From an uncultured delta proteobacterium (GTDB taxonomy: Bacteria > Myxococcota > Myxococcia > Myxococcales > Anaeromyxobacteraceae), in the NCBI GenBank assembly GCA_963828255.1, contig CAWHDZ010000008.1, positions 64,001 through 128,000 on the forward strand: 64,000 bases of DNA, given 5' to 3'. Made by a program: the position numbers and the translations under genes. Shown piece after piece: positions 54,192 to 62,570 of this stretch. The notes beneath the pieces were generated by a model. That model was not told the DNA's origin. It did not search any database and saw nothing but the letters and a program-made list of their open reading frames with translations. Within the stretch, counting starts at the first letter, position 1. Every line of letters starts with the position of its first letter.

Positions 54192-55095
54192 GGTGTGCAC
54201 GTCGCCCAGCGGCTCCCCGCGCGGCCTCGGCCATGGCCACCGCCGCGGGGTGGCGCAGCCGCCGCTCCACGGTGAGCACGTAGAAGCGCTCCCGCACCTC
54301 GTCGGCCCGCCCCACCGGGACCACCCCGTACTGGCCGCAGACCTCCTTCTCGATGGTGTCCGGCACGGCGAACACCCCCATCCCCTTCGCCCCGAAGGCC
54401 TTGAGGAGCGCGCCGTCGTCGAACTCGCCGGCCACCACCGGCTCCACCCCCCGGGCCTCGAACCAGCCCTCCAGCCCCTGGCGCAGCGCGGTGCCCGCCG
54501 CCGGGAGCAGCACCGGCGCCCCGGAGAGCGAGCCCGGGAAACCCTTGCGCAGGTGGGCGAGGCCCGGCGCGGCCAGGAAGACCACCCCGCACTCGACCAG
54601 CAGGTGGCCGAAGGCCTTGACCCGCACCGACTCGGGGGCCGGGCTGTCCGAGAGCACCGCGTCGAGCTCGTGCAGCGCCAGCGAGGCCAGCAGCGCCGGC
54701 AGCGGTCCCTCCCGGCAGACGAGGCGTAGATCTTTCACCCCGTCCACCGCCGACTGGAGCATCCGCTCGGCCACCAGCTTCGGGATCACGTCGGCCACCC
54801 CCACGGCGAAAGGGACACGCTCCCGGGACGGCGCGCCCTTCAGCACCTGCTGCAGCTCCCGGCCGGTGCGGAAGATCTCGTCGGCATAGCGCTGCACCGT
54901 GCGCCCCACATCGGTGAGCACGAGTCCGCGGCCGCGCCGCTCGACGAGCGGGTGGCCGAGCGCCCCCTCCAGCGTCTTCAGCTGGCTGGAGATGCTGGGC
55001 TGGGAGACGCGCAGCTCCAGGCTGGCGCGGGCGATGCTGCCGGTCCGGGCCACGACCCAGAAGTAGTGGAGGTGGTGGTAGTTGAGCCATTCCAT
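54178..55095 (-). CDS. nhaR: LysR family regulator, NhaR-like
   Basis: WLNYHHLHYFWVVA, QPSISSQLKTLE, VGVADVIPK, EFDDGALLKAFG, ERRLRHPA. Confidence 0.85.
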   Translation of the reverse strand: MEWLNYHHLHYFWVVARTGSIARASLELRVSQPSISSQLKTLEGALGHPLVERRGRGLVLTDVGRTVQRYADEIFRTGRELQQVLKGAPSRERVPFAVGVADVIPKLVAERMLQSAVDGVKDLRLVCREGPLPALLASLALHELDAVLSDSPAPESVRVKAFGHLLVECGVVFLAAPGLAHLRKGFPGSLSGAPVLLPAAGTALRQGLEGWFEARGVEPVVAGEFDDGALLKAFGAKGMGVFAVPDTIEKEVCGQYGVVPVGRADEVRERFYVLTVERRLRHPAAVAMAEAARGAAGRRAHLGKT

Positions 55096-55098
55096 TCA

Positions 55099-55133
55099 TC
55101 CAGTATACCTAATTATTCATTCGATACTTCATA
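55099..55133 (+). promoter_or_regulatory. Tandem T-N11-A LysR boxes in the nhaR/terC divergent promoter
   Basis: TCCAGTATACCTA (55099-55111) and TCGATACTTCATA (55121-55133); AT-rich; overlaps the nhaR -10 TATACT. Confidence 0.55.
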
Positions 55134-55168
55134 TCGCATGGGGCGTGATCCGGGCCTAGAGAGCCGGG

Positions 55169-56152
55169 ATGGAGCACACGGTTCTCGAGTGGGCGGTCTT
55201 CCTGGCGTTGGTCCTGGCGATGCTGGCTCTCGACCTCGGGGTCTTCAACCGCAAGGACCACGTGGTCGGACCGCGCGAGGCGCTCGGCTGGTCGGCCGTC
55301 TGGGTCTCGCTGGCCCTGGCCTTCGGCGGGTGGGTGTGGTTCCGGCACGGCGGCGAGCTCGGGCTCCAGTACCTGACCGGCTACGTGATCGAGAAGTCGC
55401 TCTCGGTGGACAACATCTTCGTCTTCGTCGTCATCTTCGGCGCGCTGGGGATCCCGCCCATCTACCAGCACCGGGTGCTCTTCTGGGGCATCCTCTCGGC
55501 GCTGGTGATGCGCGGCGCCATGATCGCGGCCGGTGCGGCACTGATCACCCGCTTCCACTGGATCATCTACGTCTTCGGCGCCTTCCTGGTGCTCACCGGC
55601 GTGAAGCTCCTGCTGGCCCGCGGCGCCGCCGACCACCCAGAGAACAGCGCGGTCTTCAAGTTCCTCCGCCGCATCGTCCCGGCCAGCCCCCACCTCGACG
55701 GAAACCACTTCTTCACGAAGCAGAACGGCAAGTGGCTCGCCACCCCGCTCTTCTTCGCGCTGGCCCTCATCGAGGTGACCGACGTGATCTTCGCGGTGGA
55801 CTCGATCCCGGCCATCTTCGCGGTGACGAGCGATCCCTTCATCGTCTTCACCTCCAACATCTTCGCCATCCTCGGGCTCCGCTCCCTCTACTTCCTCCTG
55901 GCCGGATTCGTGGAGAAGTTCACGTACCTCAAGCCCTCGCTGGCCTTCGTCCTCATGTTCGTGGGCGCCAAGATGGCGCTCGTGGACGTGGTGAAGATCC
56001 ACGCCGCGGCCTCGCTCGCGGTGGTGCTGACGATCCTCGCCGTCGGGATCGTGGCCTCCGCGCTCAAGAACCGGCGCTACCAAGCTGCCCTGGCCGCTGC
56101 CGCTGCCGAGGCCTCCCGCGCCGCGCCGCTGGTGCGCAAGGAGGCGGCCTGA
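55169..56152 (+). CDS. TerC/Alx family membrane protein
   Basis: GYVIEKSLSVDNIFVF, QHRVLFWG, DVIFAVDSIPAIFAVT, FTSNIFAILGLRSLYF. Confidence 0.92.
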   Translation: MEHTVLEWAVFLALVLAMLALDLGVFNRKDHVVGPREALGWSAVWVSLALAFGGWVWFRHGGELGLQYLTGYVIEKSLSVDNIFVFVVIFGALGIPPIYQHRVLFWGILSALVMRGAMIAAGAALITRFHWIIYVFGAFLVLTGVKLLLARGAADHPENSAVFKFLRRIVPASPHLDGNHFFTKQNGKWLATPLFFALALIEVTDVIFAVDSIPAIFAVTSDPFIVFTSNIFAILGLRSLYFLLAGFVEKFTYLKPSLAFVLMFVGAKMALVDVVKIHAAASLAVVLTILAVGIVASALKNRRYQAALAAAAAEASRAAPLVRKEAA

Positions 56153-56171
56153 GAGCGGCGCCCGGTGCGGG

Positions 56172-58457
56172 TCACCGCCCTCGGGGTCGGCCCTTCATGG
56201 ACTCGACCTCTGCGAGGAGCGCACGGGACTCGGCGTGCTCGGGGTGGGCGGCCAGCAGCGCGCGCAGCGTCGCCTCCGCCCCGTCCAGGTCTCCGGCGCG
56301 GGACTGGTAGTAGCCGAGCGTCCAGGCGTAGCGGACGTCGTCGGGGCGCAACCGCGCAGCCGTCCGGGCAAGGGCGGCCGCCTCGGAAGGCTTCCGCTCC
56401 CCGACCAGCACCGCCAGGTTGAAGGCCGCGGGGGCGAGGCGCGGGTCGGCCACGAGCGCAGCGCGCAGCATCTCCTCGGCCCCGTCCCGGTCGTTCCGCT
56501 CGGCCAGCAGCAGCCCCAGGTTGAAGGCGATGCCGGCGTGGCCAGGCTGCTGGGCACGGGCCTCGCGCAGCAGCGTCTCGGCCTCGGCCCCCCTTCCGTT
56601 CACCGCGAGCAGCATGGCCAGGTTGGAACGGGCCAGGAAGAGCTGGTCGTCGATGGCGATGGCCCGCCGGTACTGCCTCTCGGCGTCGGCGCTGCGCCCC
56701 AGCGCGGCGTACAGGTTGCCCAGGTTGTAGGGGCCGGAGGGCAGGTCGGACATGTAGCGCTGCCCGGCCTCGTACCCGGAGAGCGCCTCGGCCCATGCCT
56801 TCTGCTGCGCCCCGGTGAGCCGCCGGGAGGGCGGGCCGGCCAGGCGCGCGGCCGCCTCGGCGCGCACCCAGCGCACCGGATCCTGGAGCAGCGGTCCGAG
56901 CAGCACGGCGAGCCGCCCCGGATCGGCCTCGCCCAACCGCCCCACCGCGGTGACCCGCAGGAGCGGCTCCGGGTCGGAGAGGGCCTTCTCGACGCCCGCG
57001 CGGGCCTCGCCTCCCGGGTAGCCGGAGAGCAGGTCCACGGCGGTGGCCCGGACCACCACCGGGAAGCGCGGATCCGCGGCGAGCCGGACGAGTTCCGTCT
57101 CGGCCCCGGGCTCCCTGGCCCGCCCTGCCGCGATGGTCGTCCCGTAGTGCGGCTTGCGCTTCTTCCCGTACCAGCCGTCGTGCTTCTCCTGCACCCAGGA
57201 GAGCTTCCGGTCGGCGTGGCACCCGGAGGCGTTGCAGGCGTTGGGCACGCCGATGGAGGCGGTCAGGTCGGGACGCGGGACGCGCATGGAGTGGTCGCGC
57301 CGGAAGTGCACCACCATGAAGTCCTGGCCGGGCATGTGGCAGGAGACGCAGAGCACGCCGGCGCTCGGCTTCCCCTTCCACTCCGGCCTGTGGAAGTGGT
57401 GGGACGGAGCGTCGTAGGTGTCGGCGCGGTGGCAGCGCGTGCAGAGCCGGTTTCCCTCCTCGTGCCGCTTGCCCGAGTGGACGTCGTGGCAGTCGGCGCA
57501 GCGCACCCCGTTCGCGTGCATCTTGCTCTGCGTGAAGGCGTGCCACTCGAAGTCCTCGTCGAGGATCTGCCCGTCGGCGTGGAAGACCCCGGGGGCGAGC
57601 AGCGAGGGCAGGTAGGCGTCGAGCAGCTCCCCGCCCGGTGCGACCGGGTCGGCGAACTGGGCGCGCCGGGAGTGGCAGGGGGCGCACAGCGCCGTCATTT
57701 CACCCGGGGTGAGACGGGCCGTCTTCGCCACCAGGCCGGCGTTCTCGACGGCCGTGCGCCCCATGGCCGGCTGCTCCGCCCAGGCGACGTGGCGTGACCC
57801 CGGGCCGTGGCAGGCCTCGCATCCCACCATGATCTCCGACCAGGTGGTCTCGTAGGCGTCCGTCTCCGGGTCGTAGCGCTTGCGGACCGCGGTGGAGTGG
57901 CAGTCGGAGCACATGGCGTTCCAGCCCTGGCCGGGGCGGGTCCAGTGGAGCCAGTCGCCGGGCGGCGCGGGCGGCCCCGGGTTCACGTGGAACCAGCGCT
58001 TCGCCCTCGTGTCCCAGGCCGCCGAGAGGGCCTGGAGCCGCCCGCCGGGGAAGGGCACCAGGTATTGCTGCAGCGGGGCCACGCCGAAGGTGTAGGCCAC
58101 CTCGAAGTCGCGCATCTCGCCGTCCGGCCCCTCGGCGTGGACGAGGAACCTCTCGCCCTGCCGGAAGAAGCGCCAGGTCTTGCCCCGGTGGACGAGCGTC
58201 GCCCCGGAGAAGTCGCCGAGCACCGTCCCGTCCCGGGCCGGCTGCATGGCGAGCGCGTGGTTCGACCCCTTCCACGCCGTGAAGGCCTTCTCGTGGCAGG
58301 CCTTGCACTTCTCGCTTCCCACGTGCTGCGGCGCGGCGCCCGGCGCGCTGCGCGGCGGGCGGAACGCGCGCACCGCGAGGTACAGCGGGACCGAGAGCAG
58401 GATGGCCGCCGTGGCGGCCACGGACGCGATCCGGTAGCGGCGCAGGGTCGGGTCCAT
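56172..58457 (-). CDS. Membrane-anchored multiheme cytochrome c with HEAT and TPR repeats
   Basis: N-terminal TM; 7 CxxCH (CKACH, CSDCH, CEACH, CAPCH, CADCH, CTRCH, CVSCH) plus CX4CH (CNASGCH); HEAT-like DPEPLLR/DPVRWVR; several NLG/NLA TPR repeats. Confidence 0.88.
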   Translation of the reverse strand: MDPTLRRYRIASVAATAAILLSVPLYLAVRAFRPPRSAPGAAPQHVGSEKCKACHEKAFTAWKGSNHALAMQPARDGTVLGDFSGATLVHRGKTWRFFRQGERFLVHAEGPDGEMRDFEVAYTFGVAPLQQYLVPFPGGRLQALSAAWDTRAKRWFHVNPGPPAPPGDWLHWTRPGQGWNAMCSDCHSTAVRKRYDPETDAYETTWSEIMVGCEACHGPGSRHVAWAEQPAMGRTAVENAGLVAKTARLTPGEMTALCAPCHSRRAQFADPVAPGGELLDAYLPSLLAPGVFHADGQILDEDFEWHAFTQSKMHANGVRCADCHDVHSGKRHEEGNRLCTRCHRADTYDAPSHHFHRPEWKGKPSAGVLCVSCHMPGQDFMVVHFRRDHSMRVPRPDLTASIGVPNACNASGCHADRKLSWVQEKHDGWYGKKRKPHYGTTIAAGRAREPGAETELVRLAADPRFPVVVRATAVDLLSGYPGGEARAGVEKALSDPEPLLRVTAVGRLGEADPGRLAVLLGPLLQDPVRWVRAEAAARLAGPPSRRLTGAQQKAWAEALSGYEAGQRYMSDLPSGPYNLGNLYAALGRSADAERQYRRAIAIDDQLFLARSNLAMLLAVNGRGAEAETLLREARAQQPGHAGIAFNLGLLLAERNDRDGAEEMLRAALVADPRLAPAAFNLAVLVGERKPSEAAALARTAARLRPDDVRYAWTLGYYQSRAGDLDGAEATLRALLAAHPEHAESRALLAEVESMKGRPRGR

Positions 58458-58955
58458 CTAGAGGTAGGTCACCTGGCCCGGCTCGAAGCGGGCTCGCGCG
58501 ATGCGGCGGGAGGTGTCCACCTTGACGATGCCCCCCTCGATCACCACCGGGAAGAGGTCGAGGGCGCGGGTGGCCGGCGGCGCGAGCACGTCCCCCCGGT
58601 CGTCGAAGCGCGAGGCGTGGCACGGGCAGGGGAACACCCGCTGCTTCCCGTCCCACGGAACCATGCACCCGAGGTGCGTGCATCGCGAGGAGAGGGCGAG
58701 GAACCCGCCGTCGGCGAGGCGCACCAGGTAGAACTTTCCGCCGGGGAAGGCGCGCACGGAGGAGGGCGTGAACTCGGCCACCGGGCCGGCGACGACGAGC
58801 GCGGCGCCGCGCCCCGCCCCTCCCCTGGCGGGGGCCAGGTAGGCCACCACCACCGCCAGGAGCTGGACTCCGGCCAGGATCCCCAGCCCCTTTCCGGCCT
58901 TCCCGAGGAAGTCGCGGCGGGCGGGCCCGGCCGGCTCGATGGACGGCGCCGTCAC
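58458..58955 (-). CDS. Rieske [2Fe-2S] protein (QcrA/PetC-like)
   Basis: Tat motif RRDFL, TM helix, CTHLGC and CPCHAS boxes; GTG start overlaps the cytochrome b stop. Confidence 0.92.
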   Translation of the reverse strand: MTAPSIEPAGPARRDFLGKAGKGLGILAGVQLLAVVVAYLAPARGGAGRGAALVVAGPVAEFTPSSVRAFPGGKFYLVRLADGGFLALSSRCTHLGCMVPWDGKQRVFPCPCHASRFDDRGDVLAPPATRALDLFPVVIEGGIVKVDTSRRIARARFEPGQVTYL

Positions 58956-60276
58956 GGGAGCACCAGCGCCATTCCCTGGCCCCGGAGGAACACGCCCACC
59001 AGCGTGAGCACCACGAAGGAGGCCAGCGCGAAGCTCACGGCGGTCTGGACCGACTCGATCCGGGTCGCGCCGCGGCGGCGCGACAGCCAGGCCGCGCCGA
59101 GGAGCAGGATGGCCATGGCGGTGAGCGGAAGCAGGCCGCTGCGCACCGCGGGCGGGATCCCGGGCAGCCACGGGGGGGCCCGCCGCAGGGGCTCGTTCGC
59201 CACCACCGCTCCCGCGGTCCCCACCGCGGCGACGGCCGCCGCCACGAGCGCGTGGCGGGCGCCCAGCGCGGAGCCGAACCAGCGGCCGGTGGGCGGCTCG
59301 CGTCCGCCCAGCGCCGGGAGCAGGAGGAGCAGGGCCACGCCGAGGACCGGGACCACGACGGCCCCGAAGGCCGGGTGGAGGTGGACCAGCAGCTCCTGCA
59401 GCCCCATGAAGTACCAGGGCGCCCTGGCCGGGTTCGGGCTCATGCCCGGGTTGGCCTGGGCGAGCAGGGGCGCGTCCCACAGGGCCGCGGCGACCAGTAC
59501 CGCGGCCAGCACGCCGAGCGCCATGGCTGCTTCACGCTGCGTGAGGTTCGGCGACGAGGGAACGAGCGCCCCGCGCGGGGAGGCCCGGTCGCCCGCGCCG
59601 GGGGGAAGGATCACCCCGCCCACCTTCCTCACCAGCCAGAAGTGGAAGGCCAGCAGGAGCAGCATGGCGATGGGCAGGATGGCCACGTGGAGCACGAAGA
59701 AGCGCGCCAGCGTCGCCGGCCCGACGTCGGCGCCGCCGCGGGCGGCGCGGAGCAGGACCCCGCCCACCACCGGCGCGTACTCGAGCATCCCGGTGCCGAT
59801 GGTCACCGCCCAGAAGGCCAGCTGGTCCCAGGGGAGCAGGTAGCCTGTGAAGGCGCAGGCGACCACGAGAAGCAGGAGCGCCACCCCGGCGAACCAGTTG
59901 CCCCGGCGCGGGGGCAAGTGCCCGCCCCGGTAGAAGACCCGCAGCAGGTGGAGCAGGGTGACCAGCACCATCCCGTTCGCCGCCCAGTGATGGACGTTGC
60001 GCACGAGCGCGCCGAAGGGGACCTCGTCCACGAGCCGGACCAGCGTTCCGTGGGCCCGCTCCGGCGAGGGCTCGTAGACCACCAGCAGGAGCGACCCGGT
60101 GACGGCGAGGATCAGGAAGAGGACCGCAGCAGTCCCCCCAGGCCGAAGGTCACCGGAAGGGGGAGTGCCGCCGCCGGAACGAGCCTGGGGTGCAGGTGGA
60201 GGACGAGGTTTGCGAAGCCCGAGGGCTTCCGCGCCGGGAGCGGGGCCTCGCGTGGATCTGTAGCCGGGCTTGCGAT
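58952..60276 (-). pseudogene. Cytochrome b/b6-like subunit with a 5' frameshift and no canonical start (pseudogene or sequencing error)
   Basis: Heme His pairs in NVHHWAAN...LLHLL and FVLHV...AFHF; GYLLPWDQ; PWYF. The N-terminus NLVLHLHPR...TFGLGG is in another frame; one extra G in the G6 run at 60134-60139 restores it; ATC occupies the likely start position. Confidence 0.75.
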
Positions 60277-60297
60277 CCGCGGATTCTAGCCCAAGGG

Positions 60298-60468
60298 TCA
60301 GAAGTAGGTGGCGAGGATGAGCCCGACCTGCGGCGCCCAGCTGCGGCTGGGCTGCAGGCTGGTGATGGCGCTCCAGCTGACCTCGACGGTCTGCCCCTGC
60401 GCCTGGAGGCGCAGCCCCTTGCCGACCTGACAAGCGGCGGCGGCGATGAGCAGGACACTGACTCCCAT
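60298..60468 (-). pseudogene. Possible remnant of an outer membrane barrel gene (signal-peptide start joined to terminal strands)
   Basis: 56 aa: MGVSVLLIAAAA then strand-like GKGLRLQAQGQ...QVGLILATYF with terminal Phe; G-rich SD-like sequence upstream. Confidence 0.3.
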
Positions 60469-60606
60469 GGTGTACCCCCGTGGAGCCAAACACCGGAGCG
60501 CGCCAAGGGTTGCGGATCGCCAGTCCCCCATGGAGTGCTTGCGCGCCGCCCGGAGAAGGGGGAACCTGCGCCCGCCGTCCACGATCACGAAACAAGGAGG
60601 AGCACG

Positions 60607-60939
60607 ATGACCCGTATCCTTGCACTGGCACTCTTCGCGGTTCTCGCCGCGGGCTGCGCCACCACCTCGAGCGTGAAGGAGGAGATGGCTCCTCTTTCCG
60701 CCAGGGTGACGACGCTCGAGCAGCAGGACGCCGCGATGCAGGCCAAGCTCGCCGACCTGAGCAGGAAGTCAGACGCGCAGTCCGCCGATGTCCAGGCGCT
60801 CCGCAAGGAGATCGCCAACTCCAACGCGGCTGCCCAGAAGTCCGCGGCAGACGCCGAGGCCGCCGCCGTGCGCGCCGAGACCGCCGCCGCCAAGGCCGCC
60901 AAGGCCTTCGAGCTGCGCCAGATGAAGGGCGCGAAGTAG
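60607..60939 (+). CDS. Lpp/OprI-like alanine-zipper lipoprotein with C-terminal Lys
   Basis: AAGGAGG SD; lipobox LAAGC; heptad coiled coil then Ala-zipper (AAAQKSAADAEAAAVRAETAAAKA); ends MKGAK. Confidence 0.82.
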   Translation: MTRILALALFAVLAAGCATTSSVKEEMAPLSARVTTLEQQDAAMQAKLADLSRKSDAQSADVQALRKEIANSNAAAQKSAADAEAAAVRAETAAAKAAKAFELRQMKGAK

Positions 60940-61006
60940 CAGTTCCGGCGCCGGGGGGTGCGGCCTCGCGCCGCGCCCCCTGGCGCGCCACTCCCTCACG
61001 GCTCGA

Positions 61007-61996
61007 TCAGCTCCGGTCCGGAGACCGATCCTGTGTGACGTCCACCGGGAGGCCCCGCGGGTCCGAGAGCGCCTCGTCGAGCTTCCCCGCGTCCACCGAG
61101 CCGAGCAGTCCGCGCTTGCCCAGGAGCCGCCGCGCCTCGGAGGCCACGTCCACCTTGGCGTCCTCGTCGGGGTGGATCTCCACGAAGACCCGCCCGGCCC
61201 GCACGCCGACCTTCACCGGCTCGCGGACGATCCGGACCTCGGCCCCCACCGGCACCCGCTCGAAGAGGACCGGGATGTCCTCGGGGTAGAGCCGCAGGCA
61301 ACCGTGGCTGGCCCGGCGCCCCACGCCGAAGGGCGTATCGGTGCCGTGGATGAGGATCGACCCCCTGTCGAGCCGAAGCGCGTGGGTCCCGAGCGGATTG
61401 TCCGGCCCGGGCGGCACCACCGCCGGCAGGTCGGGCTCCTCCTTGCGAATCGACGCGGGCGGGTACCAGGGCGGGTTCACCTGCTTCTGGATCACCTTGA
61501 AGGTGCCGGTGGGCGTGGCCCAGCCCTCGGTGCCGATGCCCACCGGGAAGGTCATGGCCGGCCCGGGCTTGCTGGGGAAGTGGAAGAGGCGCATCTCGGA
61601 AAGGTTCACCACCACCCTCCCCGGCGCCGCGGCCCGGGGCACGATCCAGGAGGTGGGGAGGGTGACCATCGCGCCCACGGTGGGGATGAAGGCGTCCTGC
61701 CCCGGGTTGGCCGCCTCGATCTCGTTGAATCCCAGGTCGTACTGGCGCGCCATCTCGATGAGCGAGTCGCCGGGCAGCACCACCCGCTGGCAGGAGGTCC
61801 CGATGACCTCGACGGCCTTGCATTCACCCGGTGTGTTGCAGGCGGCGGCCTGGACGATGGGGCAGCGCGGCGCGACCGCGGCGACGGGCTCGGGCTCCTT
61901 CGGTGGCTCGGGCGGCGGGGGGACGTGCGCGCAGCCGGCCCAGAGGGCGGCGAGGAGGAGCCAGGCTCCCGGGAGGAGGTGGAGTCGTGCCGGCAT
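61007..61996 (-). CDS. L,D-transpeptidase, ErfK/YbiS/YcfS type (LysM-like + YkuD + C-terminal domain), lipoprotein
   Basis: Lipobox WAGC; GDSLIEMARQYDLGFNEIEAANPG; VNLSEMRLF, FPVGIG, PPGPDNPLG; IHGT...SHGCLRL catalytic His/Cys; VKVG...VFVEIH. Confidence 0.92.
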   Translation of the reverse strand: MPARLHLLPGAWLLLAALWAGCAHVPPPPEPPKEPEPVAAVAPRCPIVQAAACNTPGECKAVEVIGTSCQRVVLPGDSLIEMARQYDLGFNEIEAANPGQDAFIPTVGAMVTLPTSWIVPRAAAPGRVVVNLSEMRLFHFPSKPGPAMTFPVGIGTEGWATPTGTFKVIQKQVNPPWYPPASIRKEEPDLPAVVPPGPDNPLGTHALRLDRGSILIHGTDTPFGVGRRASHGCLRLYPEDIPVLFERVPVGAEVRIVREPVKVGVRAGRVFVEIHPDEDAKVDVASEARRLLGKRGLLGSVDAGKLDEALSDPRGLPVDVTQDRSPDRS

Positions 61997-62063
61997 GGCG
62001 CAAGGGTTAGTGGAAGGCAGGGAGCGTGACAAGGGGCTCCGGCGCGGTTAGCGTTTCCGGGCG

Positions 62064-62561
62064 ATGCGTGCGGCCGCGATCCTCATGCTTTTCCTCGCCG
62101 GGAGCGGCGCCGGGGCCGACGAGGCCGACCGGACTCCGGCGGCTTGTCCCACGACGGGCGACTGGGTGGCCGTCTTCACCCTCAAGCGGGAGATCTGGCT
62201 CTGCCGCCACGGGTCGGTGGTGGGACGGATCCCGGTGGCGCTGGGGCGGGGCGGAACCGGGAAGAGGCGGACAGGCGACCACCGGACCCCGGTCGGCGCC
62301 TACGCCTTCGGGACCCCGAGGCAATCGAAGCTCTACGGGACCTTCATCCCCTTCGACTACCCAACCCGCGAGCAGGCGTCGCAGGGGCACTCGGGCAGCG
62401 CGCTGGGGATCCACGGCCCCCCGCGCGGACAGGCCGAGCCCGAGTACCCGACCACGGCCTTCGACTGGACCATGGGCTGCGTGGCCACCGGGACCGACTC
62501 CGACGTGGAGACCATCGCCGAGTTCGTGCGCAGGTACCAGCCGACCTTGCTGGTGCGGTGA
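62064..62561 (+). CDS. YkuD-family protein, YafK/DpaA-like subgroup
   Basis: Signal peptide; VALG, GKRRTGDHRTPVGAY, FIPFDYP, LGIHG...DWTMGCVA. Confidence 0.8.
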   Translation: MRAAAILMLFLAGSGAGADEADRTPAACPTTGDWVAVFTLKREIWLCRHGSVVGRIPVALGRGGTGKRRTGDHRTPVGAYAFGTPRQSKLYGTFIPFDYPTREQASQGHSGSALGIHGPPRGQAEPEYPTTAFDWTMGCVATGTDSDVETIAEFVRRYQPTLLVR

Positions 62562-62570
62562 GTCACGGCG

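Noticed and set aside
55096..55168. yybP-ykoY riboswitch before the TerC/Alx gene
   Set aside because: The intergenic region is only 73 bp, AT-rich and occupied by LysR-type boxes; no multi-stem structure is evident
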